A stretch of 64,000 nucleotides of DNA, taken from Bacteroidales bacterium. GTDB lineage: Bacteria > Bacteroidota > Bacteroidia > Bacteroidales > JBDKHP01. This document shows positions 46,011 to 56,300 of the stretch, piece after piece. A program made the translations under genes and the position numbers. How positions within the stretch are numbered: the first letter of the stretch is position 1; each line of letters starts with the position of its first letter. Location: the NCBI GenBank assembly GCA_965230435.1, contig CBDDLB010000004.1, positions 335,292 to 399,291 of the forward strand, given 5' to 3'. The notes below the pieces were generated by a model. It did not search any database, was not told the origin of the DNA, and saw only the letters and a program-made list of their open reading frames with translations.

Positions 46011-47531
46011 CTAAGAATTTGGAAAATAATGAATTAGTATTGCATCTGTATTCATAGAATTCCATACATTCCGACCATACCATGAAGGCCTTGCGTCTAC
46101 AGCAGATGTATCAGATGGGCCTAAATTATATTCTGAAGCAACGACTCCTACAGCATTTTGGTTTGTCGCGAAATCTCCTTTTGTTAATGTAGGAAATCTG
46201 TTGGCTCTATTTTTTAAAGTGGTCAATAGTCTTGCTGCCATTAAAATATTAGATTTAGGCCACCTTAAAAGCTGATAAATGGTAGCTTTTTCATCAGCAC
46301 TCAGCGCTTCAAAGTTTGCTTCAGTCAGATTCCTAGTAGGTTGTCTATTTCCAGGCTCCTGATCTATCCAAGGCGTTGCTCCTGTAACCATCGCGGCAGT
46401 ACTAAGCCGTATTTGTCCTACCCCAATCGACCTGTCTACTACTTGCCAAGGATACAACCAATTTTCTCTTTGCAATTCGCCAATGGCTTCCCCTACTCCT
46501 TCAATCTCACTTTCACGTCCCTCCTTTGGTCTATTAAACACCTCAATAAATAAAACCGAAGCTAAAAAAAGTGGGGTTATTCCATTAGAGCCTGTACTAT
46601 TAGCAGCATCAATTATATAAGTTCTAAAATCATTAATAAGTTCCCTGTAGGTTCTAGCTTCATCGAGAGAGGACGAGCTTAAACTAGTAGTTAAAAAACC
46701 ATCTTCAGGAACGACTGCCTGTTTCATAGAAATTGAAGTTGCAGCTGGCTCACCATCTCCCAAAACAGAAACATTAACTTCGTAATTTCCTGGTATATTC
46801 GCTTCAAATCTTGTCTCTGGTTCATTAGTAGTTACCTGAAACACTATATTTCCAGAAGTTAAATCAGTAATAGTCCATCTGTAAGTTATTTCTGTGTCAG
46901 TTGCCCATAATTCGCTCCCATGTTGAATTAATTCAAATCTTGGTTCAGATCCAACTACAATAGGAGATGATAAATCACTTATCAAGTGACGTGTATTACC
47001 AGTTGAAGATTGACCAAACTCTTCACCTTCTGTCTGCGTCTTTTGCAAAATTGTTTTCTGGCTAACAGTATCAAGTTTCTTCTGGACAGTTGAACTATTA
47101 AATGAACCAGAAGAAGAATTGGCCTTAGCCCCCATAACATCAGCCTCCTGCTCAAGACTTTTACTGTCGTTGATGCTTACCCCGTTGTGTTCCGTTGTTG
47201 GCTTTACACGCCCCTGCTTTTGTTGTACCACGTGCCATGCTTCATGAGCAAGGTGTTCTTGTTGCCCTGGAGCAATGTGGATGTCAGAACCTTGAGTATA
47301 GGCATGAGCCTGCACAGCGGCGGGTTTAGAGGAATTGTAGTGCACTTTTACATCATCCATATTCAAACCGGAAAGACTCTCAACTTCCGATTTTAATTGG
47401 TCGGGCATGCCAGTATTGTTGGCACGCCGCTGCATTGGTTTTATTCTCTTGGGCTGAAATGCCTCTCTGCTAGAAGCTGCTCCTCTAACACTAGACTTTC
47501 TGCTATTTTGCTTCTTCTTTTCTTTATACAT
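46011..47531 (-). CDS. DUF4157 effector with Ig-like middle domain and lysozyme/transglycosylase-like C-terminus
   Basis: 506 aa. The first ~150 aa are nearly identical to 48130-49386 and include HEAWHVVQQ. The C-terminal ...FIEVFNRPKEGRESEIEG...DRSIGVGQIRLSTAAM... is suggestive of a muramidase fold (unverified). Confidence 0.75.
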   Translation of the reverse strand: MYKEKKKQNSRKSSVRGAASSREAFQPKRIKPMQRRANNTGMPDQLKSEVESLSGLNMDDVKVHYNSSKPAAVQAHAYTQGSDIHIAPGQQEHLAHEAWHVVQQKQGRVKPTTEHNGVSINDSKSLEQEADVMGAKANSSSGSFNSSTVQKKLDTVSQKTILQKTQTEGEEFGQSSTGNTRHLISDLSSPIVVGSEPRFELIQHGSELWATDTEITYRWTITDLTSGNIVFQVTTNEPETRFEANIPGNYEVNVSVLGDGEPAATSISMKQAVVPEDGFLTTSLSSSSLDEARTYRELINDFRTYIIDAANSTGSNGITPLFLASVLFIEVFNRPKEGRESEIEGVGEAIGELQRENWLYPWQVVDRSIGVGQIRLSTAAMVTGATPWIDQEPGNRQPTRNLTEANFEALSADEKATIYQLLRWPKSNILMAARLLTTLKNRANRFPTLTKGDFATNQNAVGVVASEYNLGPSDTSAVDARPSWYGRNVWNSMNTDAILIHYFPNS

Positions 47532-47744
47532 GATTGAATTCTATTACTTAATTATTACTACAATCTTCATGCTACGATACTATCGAAAAAAAACACACTG
47601 CATGAACTTTCTTCGCTCAGGCATTTTAGTATAACATTTAGGCTAAAAGTCTATTAAATGAACTTCATCTTTTAAAACAGACTATTTATTGCCATGTATT
47701 ACAATAAAAAGAATAGCCAAAATCTACGTCTAGTGACAATAGAA

Positions 47745-48137
47745 TTAAAAATTTGGCTGATCTTTCATTATTATATTATGGTTTGCATCAAGTTCAACAG
47801 CAAAACCCAAACTTTTATTTCCAAATGCATCTCTATGTTTATTGATCAAGTTATGATCCTCAATTATTGGTATAATTCTTCCTGTTGAAAGTTTAATAAA
47901 TTGTCCTGTAGAAGGAAGTGTTCCATGACCAGAATAAGAAACAGAATGAAAGTAGATCATAAAACCATTCTGTAAAGTATCAATATCTGCACGAATATAG
48001 TAATCAGCACATTTTTTAAACCAGCTTAAATGTACTTCACTATGGCTGATATCCAAATCCAATATAATATTATTGTTTTTTTGCTGGCAACCAACAAAAA
48101 AAGCTCCTAACAGCATAATAAATAACACCTTACTCAT
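47745..48137 (-). CDS. Lipoprotein (candidate immunity)
   Basis: 130 aa with lipobox LLGAFFVGCQQ. It overlaps the effector stop by 8 nt. Confidence 0.6.
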   Translation of the reverse strand: MSKVLFIMLLGAFFVGCQQKNNNIILDLDISHSEVHLSWFKKCADYYIRADIDTLQNGFMIYFHSVSYSGHGTLPSTGQFIKLSTGRIIPIIEDHNLINKHRDAFGNKSLGFAVELDANHNIIMKDQPNF

Positions 48138-49386
48138 TCTTCAACGCATTTTGGTTTTCTAATTTGACTTGAGCAGCAAAGCGTAAAAGTTTGGGATAAA
48201 ACATTTGATTTTTCCCCTTCAAAAAATCCTCTGTCATGCCAAGCCATTTATTGTATTCAAGTTTACCTGTCCTAAACGAATGATATACTCCAGAAACATA
48301 TTTGAAATTAAATGCAACATTAGGCGCACGAAGTTCCTTTGCTGTACCTCCATCACGCCTATTTGCATAAGGATTAAAAGGAGTGTTGGTTTTAGGGTAT
48401 ATTTCTCCCACTTTAATGCCATTAGGGTGTGTATGAATGACATATAGAATCAACAGTGTTTCTTCTGTATCCAAAAAAGCATTTGTTCCTGTTACAGACT
48501 TAGGCTCGGGGACGAAGGATAAATCATAATCGTTGTCACTATCATCCACCCGTCGCAAGTCAAGAGTCATTTTTTTTAAATCAAGAACAGCAACCGCCGA
48601 TTGCTCTATTCTTCCATCACCTATCTCTTTTTCGGGGTGACTGTCCTTCCACATCTCTCTAAATTGCTCTACGGTTATGTTAATCTTTACAGGTTCATTT
48701 TCTACAAAAATACGGTCACCTTTATCGTTTTCAACATGTTTAACCAGTTCACCGGATTTATCAAAAAAGAAATCATCAGGAGGAGTCAACGCAAAATCTC
48801 CTTCCCTTTGAACAACATCACCAGTTGTTCGCTTTTGTAGAGTAGCTGTACTCACCATTTGTTGAAGTTTTTTTTGCTTTTCAACCTCAGACCTATTGTC
48901 TTCAAAATTAGCCAACTGCATCACATCATTTTTTTTCGGAACAGTTGAACTACTAAATGAACCAGAAGAAGAACTTGCCCTAGTCCCCATAACATCAGCC
49001 TCCCGCTCAAGACTTTTATTGTCGTTAATGCTTACTCCTTTATATTGCATTGTGGGTTTTACCCGCCTCTGCTTCTGTTGCACCACGTGCCATGCCTCAT
49101 GAGCGAGATGTTCTTGTTGTCCTGGAGCAATGTGGATGTCAGAACCCTGAGTATAAGCATGGGCTTGCACTGCTGCAGGTTTAGAGGAATTGTAGTGTAC
49201 TTTTACATCATCCATATTCAAACCGGAAAGACTCTCAACTCCCGACTTTAATTGGTCGGGCATACCAGTATTGTTGGCACGCCGCTGCATTGGTTTTATT
49301 CTCTTGGTCTGAAATGCCTCTCTGCTAGAAGCTGCTCCTCTAACACTAGACTTTCTGCTATTTTGCTTCTTCTTTTCTTTGTACAT
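48130..49386 (-). CDS. DUF4157 effector with JAB/MPN-like C-terminal domain
   Basis: 418 aa. Starts MYKEKKKQNSRKSSVRGAASSREAFQTKR. DUF4157 block ...DVKVHYNSSKPAAVQAHAYTQGSDIHIAPGQQEHLAHEAWHVVQQ. The C-terminal ...LILYVIHTHPNG... resembles the JAMM HxH motif (unverified). Confidence 0.75.
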   Translation of the reverse strand: MYKEKKKQNSRKSSVRGAASSREAFQTKRIKPMQRRANNTGMPDQLKSGVESLSGLNMDDVKVHYNSSKPAAVQAHAYTQGSDIHIAPGQQEHLAHEAWHVVQQKQRRVKPTMQYKGVSINDNKSLEREADVMGTRASSSSGSFSSSTVPKKNDVMQLANFEDNRSEVEKQKKLQQMVSTATLQKRTTGDVVQREGDFALTPPDDFFFDKSGELVKHVENDKGDRIFVENEPVKINITVEQFREMWKDSHPEKEIGDGRIEQSAVAVLDLKKMTLDLRRVDDSDNDYDLSFVPEPKSVTGTNAFLDTEETLLILYVIHTHPNGIKVGEIYPKTNTPFNPYANRRDGGTAKELRAPNVAFNFKYVSGVYHSFRTGKLEYNKWLGMTEDFLKGKNQMFYPKLLRFAAQVKLENQNALKNE

Positions 49387-49763
49387 GATTGCATTTCACT
49401 ATTTAGTTAATATTACAATTTCCATGCTATAATGCTATCAAGAAAGATATAGAGCATGAACTTCTTCTCTCAGAGATTATTGGGATCATGAAATTAATAA
49501 TCAGCTAGATGTTAATTGTTCAAGAACAAACTAGCGTTTTGTTAATGGTTATTAGTTAACGTTCTGGTGAGGAAATATGGTTTTGCCCGACATTCTAAAG
49601 ATGAAACAACACTAGTTTATATTAAGCACCAAGTGCTATTTAATGTTACTTACACGATGATCTAAAATTTCTATTAATCAAACATTTAGACAAGTACACA
49701 ATATAAAACACTACAACACATCGACTTACCTTCTTTGATTTTATTGTGCCTTATAAAATGAAT

Positions 49764-49836
49764 AAGGTATCTGACCTATTTATTTTGGATTTACTTCTTA
49801 CAAGTGACCAGCTATTTAGCACAAGAATAAATCTAG
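49764..49836 (-). repeat. Copy 3 of the ~72-nt intergenic repeat
   Basis: AAGGTATCTGACCTATTTATTTTGGATTTACTTCTTACAAGTGACCAGCTATTTAGCACAAGAATAAATCT. It lies 30-100 nt downstream of the stop of 49866-50312. Confidence 0.6.
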
Positions 49837-49865
49837 CTTAATTAAGGCCGACTGCTTATCTAAAA

Positions 49866-50312
49866 CTATTCAGCATAGATTTTTGAATTCTTAGGAGCAG
49901 GAAACTTACCTTTTCCATTAAAACTAGATGTTGATGACGGTTGTGGCCCTGTAGAAGTGGGGACTTGCGCTGGTGTGTTTACTGTAAATTTCGCATCGAA
50001 CTGATCTCCCTTTGTAATAACCTTCTTCTTTGAGTCTTTTGTTTTACTGGTTTTTTGGGAAGAACCCAGGTCCGTTATTTCAAGTATACCTGCTCCAGGA
50101 ATAGGGTGACTTGGAAGCATATAGCCGCAATTTAGCTTTATCTTTTTCTCGTCTCCTTCAAGACAGATTTTTGCATTGATACCCTTTGCCTTTCCACTGG
50201 CCTTTATTACAGTTGTTGGGATGGGCGGAATAAAGATTACTGGCGAAAAGGTCGATGGATCGAAAAGAACAGTATCGTTATCTATTATTATCAGTTGTTC
50301 TGAACTAGGCAT
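49866..50312 (-). CDS. Hypothetical eCIS-associated protein
   Basis: 148 aa with no signal peptide and a Pro/Ser/Thr-rich tail. It is the last gene of the structural block before the effector genes. I do not recognise the family. Confidence 0.5.
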   Translation of the reverse strand: MPSSEQLIIIDNDTVLFDPSTFSPVIFIPPIPTTVIKASGKAKGINAKICLEGDEKKIKLNCGYMLPSHPIPGAGILEITDLGSSQKTSKTKDSKKKVITKGDQFDAKFTVNTPAQVPTSTGPQPSSTSSFNGKGKFPAPKNSKIYAE

Positions 50313-50509
50313 GTTTTTAATTATTAGTTGAGAATTCTGTTAAGGTGGCTTTTTTCACTTGGAGTTATTTACCATTGTAATTCAGCAATTTAACAAGTTA
50401 ACAGTTCCACTTAATGTTAAAAAAAAGACTGTAGGCTTTCCAGAAAGGCTGAACCTTTCCAAAAAACCTTCAGTCTTAATTTGAACTTGTTTTCCCTATT
50501 CTTATGGGT

Positions 50510-53500
50510 TTAACTTTGTCCTTCTGTTTTACCAGATGTGTTCTCTTTTGTTTTCGGAGTTGTGCTTGTTTTGGCTTTTGGCTTTGCAGGTGTTGTTTTG
50601 GCTTTGGTTGTTCTGCTCGCCGTAGCCTTTGTTGCAGTACCTGCTTTAGTTACAGTACCTGTTTTTGTTGTAGTGCCCGCTTTTGTTCTAGAAGCTGCTG
50701 ATTTTGCTGGTTTGGCCGCTCCCTCTAGAAGTTTAATCCTTTCTGAAAGCTCTTCAACTTTATCCAATAACAGTTCCCGATCTCGCTCCAACGACTCCAA
50801 TCTTGGAATCTGGTTGTAGCTGGCTCCGTTGATCAGAAGTTCTCCTTTTATTTCCACTTTGTCATCAGAAACAACAACTGTGCTTTCATTATCATCAACT
50901 CCAATTCTCAATTCCTTCCTGCTATCGTTATATTCCAGCCAAGCTGAATTTGCACCTCTTTCCTCATTAGCGTTTCCAAATGTGATCTTATTTTTCAGCC
51001 TTAAATCACCTTCCACATCTAGTTTAGCAAGAGGATTAGTGGTACCAACACCAACATTTCCAGAATTTACTATTGTAAGGGCATGAACATTAGATCCGTA
51101 CTGGTCCGGTTGTGCTACAAAGAAGTTATTCAAAGAGGCATCGGTTCCGATAGACCATTTGGAAATGTTTGCTTCACCAAAACCAAAACCAATTTGATTG
51201 TTAACCCGCATGCTGCTGTACACATCCAGCATTGATGTATCATTTGTACCGATCTTCACATCGCCTTTCTCTACAACTAATCCGAAGTGCTGTACCCCTA
51301 CCTTGTCGTTATCATAGAACTTTGGATTGATATGCAGAGCGGTAAGTGTATCATTATTTTCAGTAGCCTCTATGTCTCCATTCACATACAAGTGGGTTTT
51401 GGATTTAATTGCACCGAAACCAATCTCTCCTTTCGAAGAAAATTCCATTACGTCTTTGCCCTGTCCTTCTATGTTGCGAATAATAGAAAGTTGTCTTTCG
51501 TTACCTGCGTCGAAAATAATTCTGTCCTTAAGCTTTATGTCTCCATTTACATCCAACTTTGCTTCAGGAGTATTTGTGCCGATACCTACCCTATCTGTTC
51601 CATTTTCCTCAACCTCTCTCAATGGGCCTTTACTCACTGGTACGAAGACATATCCATCTTCCACTCCAGGAATATCCTTATGAAAAACGTGTATGTTTGT
51701 CTGACCTGTAGACAGGTTGGTTTTAATGTTGGATAAAACAATCTCAATTACTTCATCTTCGTGTATTGTATTCTCATTTGGTCGGATCAGCACCAGCTCA
51801 ACACCATGTGCAGTCTTTACCGATTGTGCTGGTTCAGAATCCACAGAATCTTCAGATTTATGCGAAGCCATCACCCCCCACCCATTTTCATCGGCAAGGT
51901 CTGACACTCTAAAATCTATTCCCTCGCTAGTAAGTCCATTTCTGTCGTAAGAAATCAAGAACTTAGAGACAGTATGTGTTTGTCCGTATGAATTGAAGTG
52001 CATTGCTTTGCCCTGCATATTCTTTATTTGCAGCCTTAGTTCATTTGCGGATTTTCCATCATTCAGAACAGTATCTGTACTAACAAGACCAATCTGCAAC
52101 ATGGACATCACCTCCGTTTTATCCTTATTAGGATCGCAGGTTGTAACTTCCCCCTTTATACACGGGTCTGTCCAGTTATAGATATTTCCGTGAACATACA
52201 AATCGCTATTGATCTCAACTCCAGTTCCTCCACTAAAATATGCAGAACGTCCGTCTCCTTCGTTTCGCACTTCCAATGTGGTTCCGTTACCTTTGTTTTC
52301 AATTCTCACCAAAGGTTCCATCTCAAAATCACCATCAATGTTCACCGTACCCAAACTTAGGCGGTCGAACATGCTTCCCATAGTTATTATGCCAGACGGA
52401 TTCGTATTATCCTCTCCCTCTACCGAATCATTCTCTTGATAACTACCATAGATACGGTACTTAGTTTCAATAATAGTCCTGTTTAGTTCTACTGGCTTTT
52501 TGCCTTCCAGATTTTCAATAACAAGTACTATTGTTTCGTTGGGCTGTAGTTGGATATCTCTCTGGGCTGCAACGAAAATAGCTACAGAATGGTCGTTCCG
52601 GTCTCCCATTTTGTGTTCTTTTACCGCATCACATTTCCATCCGTACTCAGACTTTTGCGATAATTGGATGGCCGACAGTTTTTTTGCCTCGTCTGCTAAA
52701 ACGCCTTGAGGAAAAACCAATTTGAAATGATAGTTACCCTCGTTAGGGTTTTCATTTGCCTTGGTTAAATTCACCAACTGACCAGAGATGTTTTTAATCT
52801 TTACCTTTAGGTCGTTGTTTCTCTTTAAATGAAAAATGGTTTCCAGTTGATTTTCGTGATAAAAATCGGCTGCGTAATGCGGATTCATATCTAATTCTTC
52901 TGGAAACATCATGTTGTCGATTGCAACAAGATCTGCCAATCTATATTTCCAGAATTCATACAACTGAACACGATAATTATCTATACGCAAGCGCGATATG
53001 TACCCTTTAGATTTTTTGGCAACAACAACCAAAGGGTGTAACTGAACTGCAACGCTCTCAGAAACATTTGCAGCTCCCTCCTCTGCAACATTCTCAAATT
53101 GGAGCGGTGCATTTTCTTCGTGATTTACATAAAGGCGCACCCGATAGAAAATATTATCGCCACTTAGTTTCTCAAACACCAATGCAATATGGTGCCATTG
53201 ATTAAGCTCCAAGTTTTTTTCTGCGCGGGCTATCTTTCCATTAACCTTAATTTTTAGTCTTCTCCCATCTTGACCAAATATAAAATGATCATCGCCTTGA
53301 GTTTGTTCCAGAATGGATGTTAACCCTTTATTAGCTGATTCCGGTTTATACCAAAAAGAAAATGTTCTGGAAAGTGTGTCCTCAAAACCATTCGATAGAT
53401 TAATTTTCAGGTGGTTCTCCTCATTGAGATCCATGTGTAAGCAATCGCCTACTTCAACATCTGGAAAAAGGTTTGCTGTTCCAACGATCACTGCGTGATT

Positions 53501-54223
53501 GTCCAAACCTGAACTGTCGTAAAAATAAGATACACTTGCATTGGTAGAAATTTCATCCAACAACAGGTGTGCTTCGTTTTTTTCACTCTCCTCAATTATA
53601 GGCTGTTCCGGTTCACCATCTCCACCAAGGATAGAGAAAGAAAACAATTTGATGTCTGCTATTTCCCCATAAAACTGGTGGCACTCTGGGTAATTATTAT
53701 AACCATTGGTACAGTTCTGAGGACAATCCGTATCGTTGAAAGCTCCGAAATGCATTACCTGACTAACGGACGTTGATTTGCCGAATATCTCCCTAAGACT
53801 TAGCACAACGCGATGATCGTTGTCGTACATTTTTGTACGGACAAATCTTTTCCCATCTTGTATAATGGAAGCCAGTTCTACACGATACCATTGGTTTTCC
53901 TGTATTTGCTCTTCTGTGTACAAACGATGGCACGATTCTCCCCCCAAATAAACTGTATTATTTGAATAAATCCCCATCTCTACAAAACAGTGCTGTCTAA
54001 ATAATCTGAAATGATGGTACTTGTCGTTCAGTTCACTAAATTTCACCCAAAAGGATACCGAATATTCTTTTTCTAACTCTAAATCTGTGAGTTCTATTTT
54101 TGCAGTTGTAAACCTTTCTTCTGGCATATAACCCAATGGGGTTTTCTCTTTTTCTGGGGATAAATCAATTTTAACAGGATTTCCTACAATTTCACCATTT
54201 TTGTACTTTGTTAATTGTGCCAT
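50510..54223 (-). CDS. LamG-repeat / tail-fibre-like giant protein (Afp13-like candidate)
   Basis: 1237 aa. At least three LamG-like blocks (..FWVKF...NQWYRVEL.., ..FSFWYKP...NQWHHIALVFEK.., ...). Repeated fibre motifs GIGTNTPEAKLDVNGDIKLKD and VGVGTTNPLAKLDVEGDLRLKN. A coiled coil and a Lys/Thr/Ala-rich tail. Confidence 0.7.
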   Translation of the reverse strand: MAQLTKYKNGEIVGNPVKIDLSPEKEKTPLGYMPEERFTTAKIELTDLELEKEYSVSFWVKFSELNDKYHHFRLFRQHCFVEMGIYSNNTVYLGGESCHRLYTEEQIQENQWYRVELASIIQDGKRFVRTKMYDNDHRVVLSLREIFGKSTSVSQVMHFGAFNDTDCPQNCTNGYNNYPECHQFYGEIADIKLFSFSILGGDGEPEQPIIEESEKNEAHLLLDEISTNASVSYFYDSSGLDNHAVIVGTANLFPDVEVGDCLHMDLNEENHLKINLSNGFEDTLSRTFSFWYKPESANKGLTSILEQTQGDDHFIFGQDGRRLKIKVNGKIARAEKNLELNQWHHIALVFEKLSGDNIFYRVRLYVNHEENAPLQFENVAEEGAANVSESVAVQLHPLVVVAKKSKGYISRLRIDNYRVQLYEFWKYRLADLVAIDNMMFPEELDMNPHYAADFYHENQLETIFHLKRNNDLKVKIKNISGQLVNLTKANENPNEGNYHFKLVFPQGVLADEAKKLSAIQLSQKSEYGWKCDAVKEHKMGDRNDHSVAIFVAAQRDIQLQPNETIVLVIENLEGKKPVELNRTIIETKYRIYGSYQENDSVEGEDNTNPSGIITMGSMFDRLSLGTVNIDGDFEMEPLVRIENKGNGTTLEVRNEGDGRSAYFSGGTGVEINSDLYVHGNIYNWTDPCIKGEVTTCDPNKDKTEVMSMLQIGLVSTDTVLNDGKSANELRLQIKNMQGKAMHFNSYGQTHTVSKFLISYDRNGLTSEGIDFRVSDLADENGWGVMASHKSEDSVDSEPAQSVKTAHGVELVLIRPNENTIHEDEVIEIVLSNIKTNLSTGQTNIHVFHKDIPGVEDGYVFVPVSKGPLREVEENGTDRVGIGTNTPEAKLDVNGDIKLKDRIIFDAGNERQLSIIRNIEGQGKDVMEFSSKGEIGFGAIKSKTHLYVNGDIEATENNDTLTALHINPKFYDNDKVGVQHFGLVVEKGDVKIGTNDTSMLDVYSSMRVNNQIGFGFGEANISKWSIGTDASLNNFFVAQPDQYGSNVHALTIVNSGNVGVGTTNPLAKLDVEGDLRLKNKITFGNANEERGANSAWLEYNDSRKELRIGVDDNESTVVVSDDKVEIKGELLINGASYNQIPRLESLERDRELLLDKVEELSERIKLLEGAAKPAKSAASRTKAGTTTKTGTVTKAGTATKATASRTTKAKTTPAKPKAKTSTTPKTKENTSGKTEGQS

Positions 54224-54456
54224 GTTTTTGTTTTTTGTTATAAATTTAAAATATCGGATTTCTTTATTCGGAGTTGTTTCGTACAGTATGCCACAATGCA
54301 GCAGCTATCAAAGTGTTACAACACCTGTTTGTTTGATTTTTATTATTTTTCTTGATTTTTTCAACACAGGCATAAACCTATGTTCTTTTTAAAGTGGAAG
54401 GAATTCCTTCAGTTTATCTATAGCATTGGTGATAAAACACCTGCTGTACCATTTTT

Positions 54457-55791
54457 TTAGAGCAGTACACCCTCTTTAAGTAATTCCTTATGTACAGCAT
54501 TGTTAATATCGGCCAGTCCCAATTGATTGCGTCCGTGTTTTATCGCCTGCAACACACACGTAAACACAGCATTGTTGATCACAGCTCCAGAAACGTCGTA
54601 GCGGTTTGCCAGTTCGGCCATGCTAACATCTACTTCTGGGAGAATAGATGCTGGAAAAGCACTACGCCACAAAGCCTCACGTTCTTTTTCTCCTGGCTTT
54701 GGAAAATACACAACCGATTGGAAGCGCCGTAGAAAAGCCTTATCAATGTTCTCTTTGTAATTCGTAGCCAGAACAACCATTCCGTTGAAACTCTCGATCC
54801 GTTGAAGTAGAAAGGCTACGTCTTGATTGGCATTTCTGTCGTTGGAGGTGTTAACCTCGGTGCGCCTTGAGAAAAGGGCGTCTGCTTCATCGAAAAAAAG
54901 GATCCATTTCTTATTTTCAGCTCTATCGAAGATTTTTGCTAAATTTTTCTGTGTTTCCCCAATATATTTCGAAACAATGCTGGACAGATCTATCCTGTAT
55001 ACATCCCGCCCTGCCGTTTTCCCTATCATTGTTGCCGTAAGGGTTTTTCCTGTGCCGGGAGGGCCATAAAATAAGGCCCGGTATCCTGGTTTAAAACGGC
55101 GGGCAAGCTCGGGGTCTTGAAACATCGCACCGTTATACTCTAACCAATCCTGTATCTCGTTGATCTGTGCTTTTGTGGTACTGTTAAGAATTACTTCTTT
55201 CCACGTTAGTTCCGAAGTGATGAGCCTAGCTGGAAAATCGGGCCTAAACTCTTGTATTCCCATTTCTCCTGTGATAAAATAGCTTAAAAACTCTTGAGTT
55301 ACTCCCAAACGCCTATCGATCAGGTTCTGTTTATGATTGGATATTTCTTGTGTGAACACTCCATCTTTTATGAAAAAATGTGAGTCTGCAAATAAACTCC
55401 GATAGGCTATGGATTCGTTGAAGCGCCCTGCCGTTAGTATAAATATGGCAGTGCCTACTGTTGGAACAAAACCATTGTGGTTGTCGTCTATAACTCCACT
55501 AAATTCTGTGAATGGCCTATCGTACCGTTCGTTTCTTACAAAGAAAACATCCAACATCTCTGGTTTGACTTCGGGAGCTAGAGCCAGAATGAGCACCAAA
55601 CGCTCTTCTGCTGTTAGACGATGCTCCTCAATAAAACTACCATATGCACCTTCATTGCCCAATACGGGCGGCATTGGTACTTTAGAAGTGGTATCTTTTC
55701 CTTCTAAGTAAAATGCAAGAACATTGTTAATCACCTGCCCCAGCCATAATAGTTCTTTCTTTAAGCATTCGGCATGTATTTGTGTTTCCAT
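54457..55791 (-). CDS. AAA+ ATPase (eCIS Afp15/Pvc15-like)
   Basis: 444 aa. N-terminal non-ATPase domain, then a single AAA+ module with Walker A GPPGTGKT and Walker B ILFFDEADAL. Confidence 0.85.
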   Translation of the reverse strand: METQIHAECLKKELLWLGQVINNVLAFYLEGKDTTSKVPMPPVLGNEGAYGSFIEEHRLTAEERLVLILALAPEVKPEMLDVFFVRNERYDRPFTEFSGVIDDNHNGFVPTVGTAIFILTAGRFNESIAYRSLFADSHFFIKDGVFTQEISNHKQNLIDRRLGVTQEFLSYFITGEMGIQEFRPDFPARLITSELTWKEVILNSTTKAQINEIQDWLEYNGAMFQDPELARRFKPGYRALFYGPPGTGKTLTATMIGKTAGRDVYRIDLSSIVSKYIGETQKNLAKIFDRAENKKWILFFDEADALFSRRTEVNTSNDRNANQDVAFLLQRIESFNGMVVLATNYKENIDKAFLRRFQSVVYFPKPGEKEREALWRSAFPASILPEVDVSMAELANRYDVSGAVINNAVFTCVLQAIKHGRNQLGLADINNAVHKELLKEGVLL

Positions 55792-56300
55792 TTATTGAAA
55801 TTTTATTGAAACGTGTTGCTTTTTTGACATTCCCCGCAACTAAGCAGCGAATTTTCCCAAAAAACTTTACAGATAATTAGGGGTTCATTGGGGTTTGAAA
55901 ATTTTAAAACAAGAGAGATGTAAGTCAAGTATATATCTGAAACATGTGATGCTCTTTTTGTCTCAAGAGTTGTCTCAGTTTTGGGAGAAAATAAAGTAAT
56001 AAGGTTTGATGATGGTATTATTTCTGATTCTACTAAGGTTCAATTTCTTTGGATAAGGTTCTGTTCATGAAAAACTTGTCCATTGAAGGAAAACTGTTTT
56101 TTTTGAAATCAAACCATAACCAGACTGAACCTCATTTTTTTCTATTTAATATCCGGCCTTCGTTCAATAGCTTTTCAATAGCCTTTGCAGCTTTCAAATG
56201 GAGCCTTATGTTCATTGAAAATCTAATTTATTAACTGTTATGATCAACCTTCCTCTATCTGGTATTTTTTCGCTTGCCAAATTCATAACTAATAATTCTC

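Noticed and set aside
49866-50312. PAAR/DUF4280-type spike-tip protein or tube protein
   Set aside because: The sequence lacks PAAR repeats and the tube-protein (gp19-like) pattern I remember. It is left as hypothetical.
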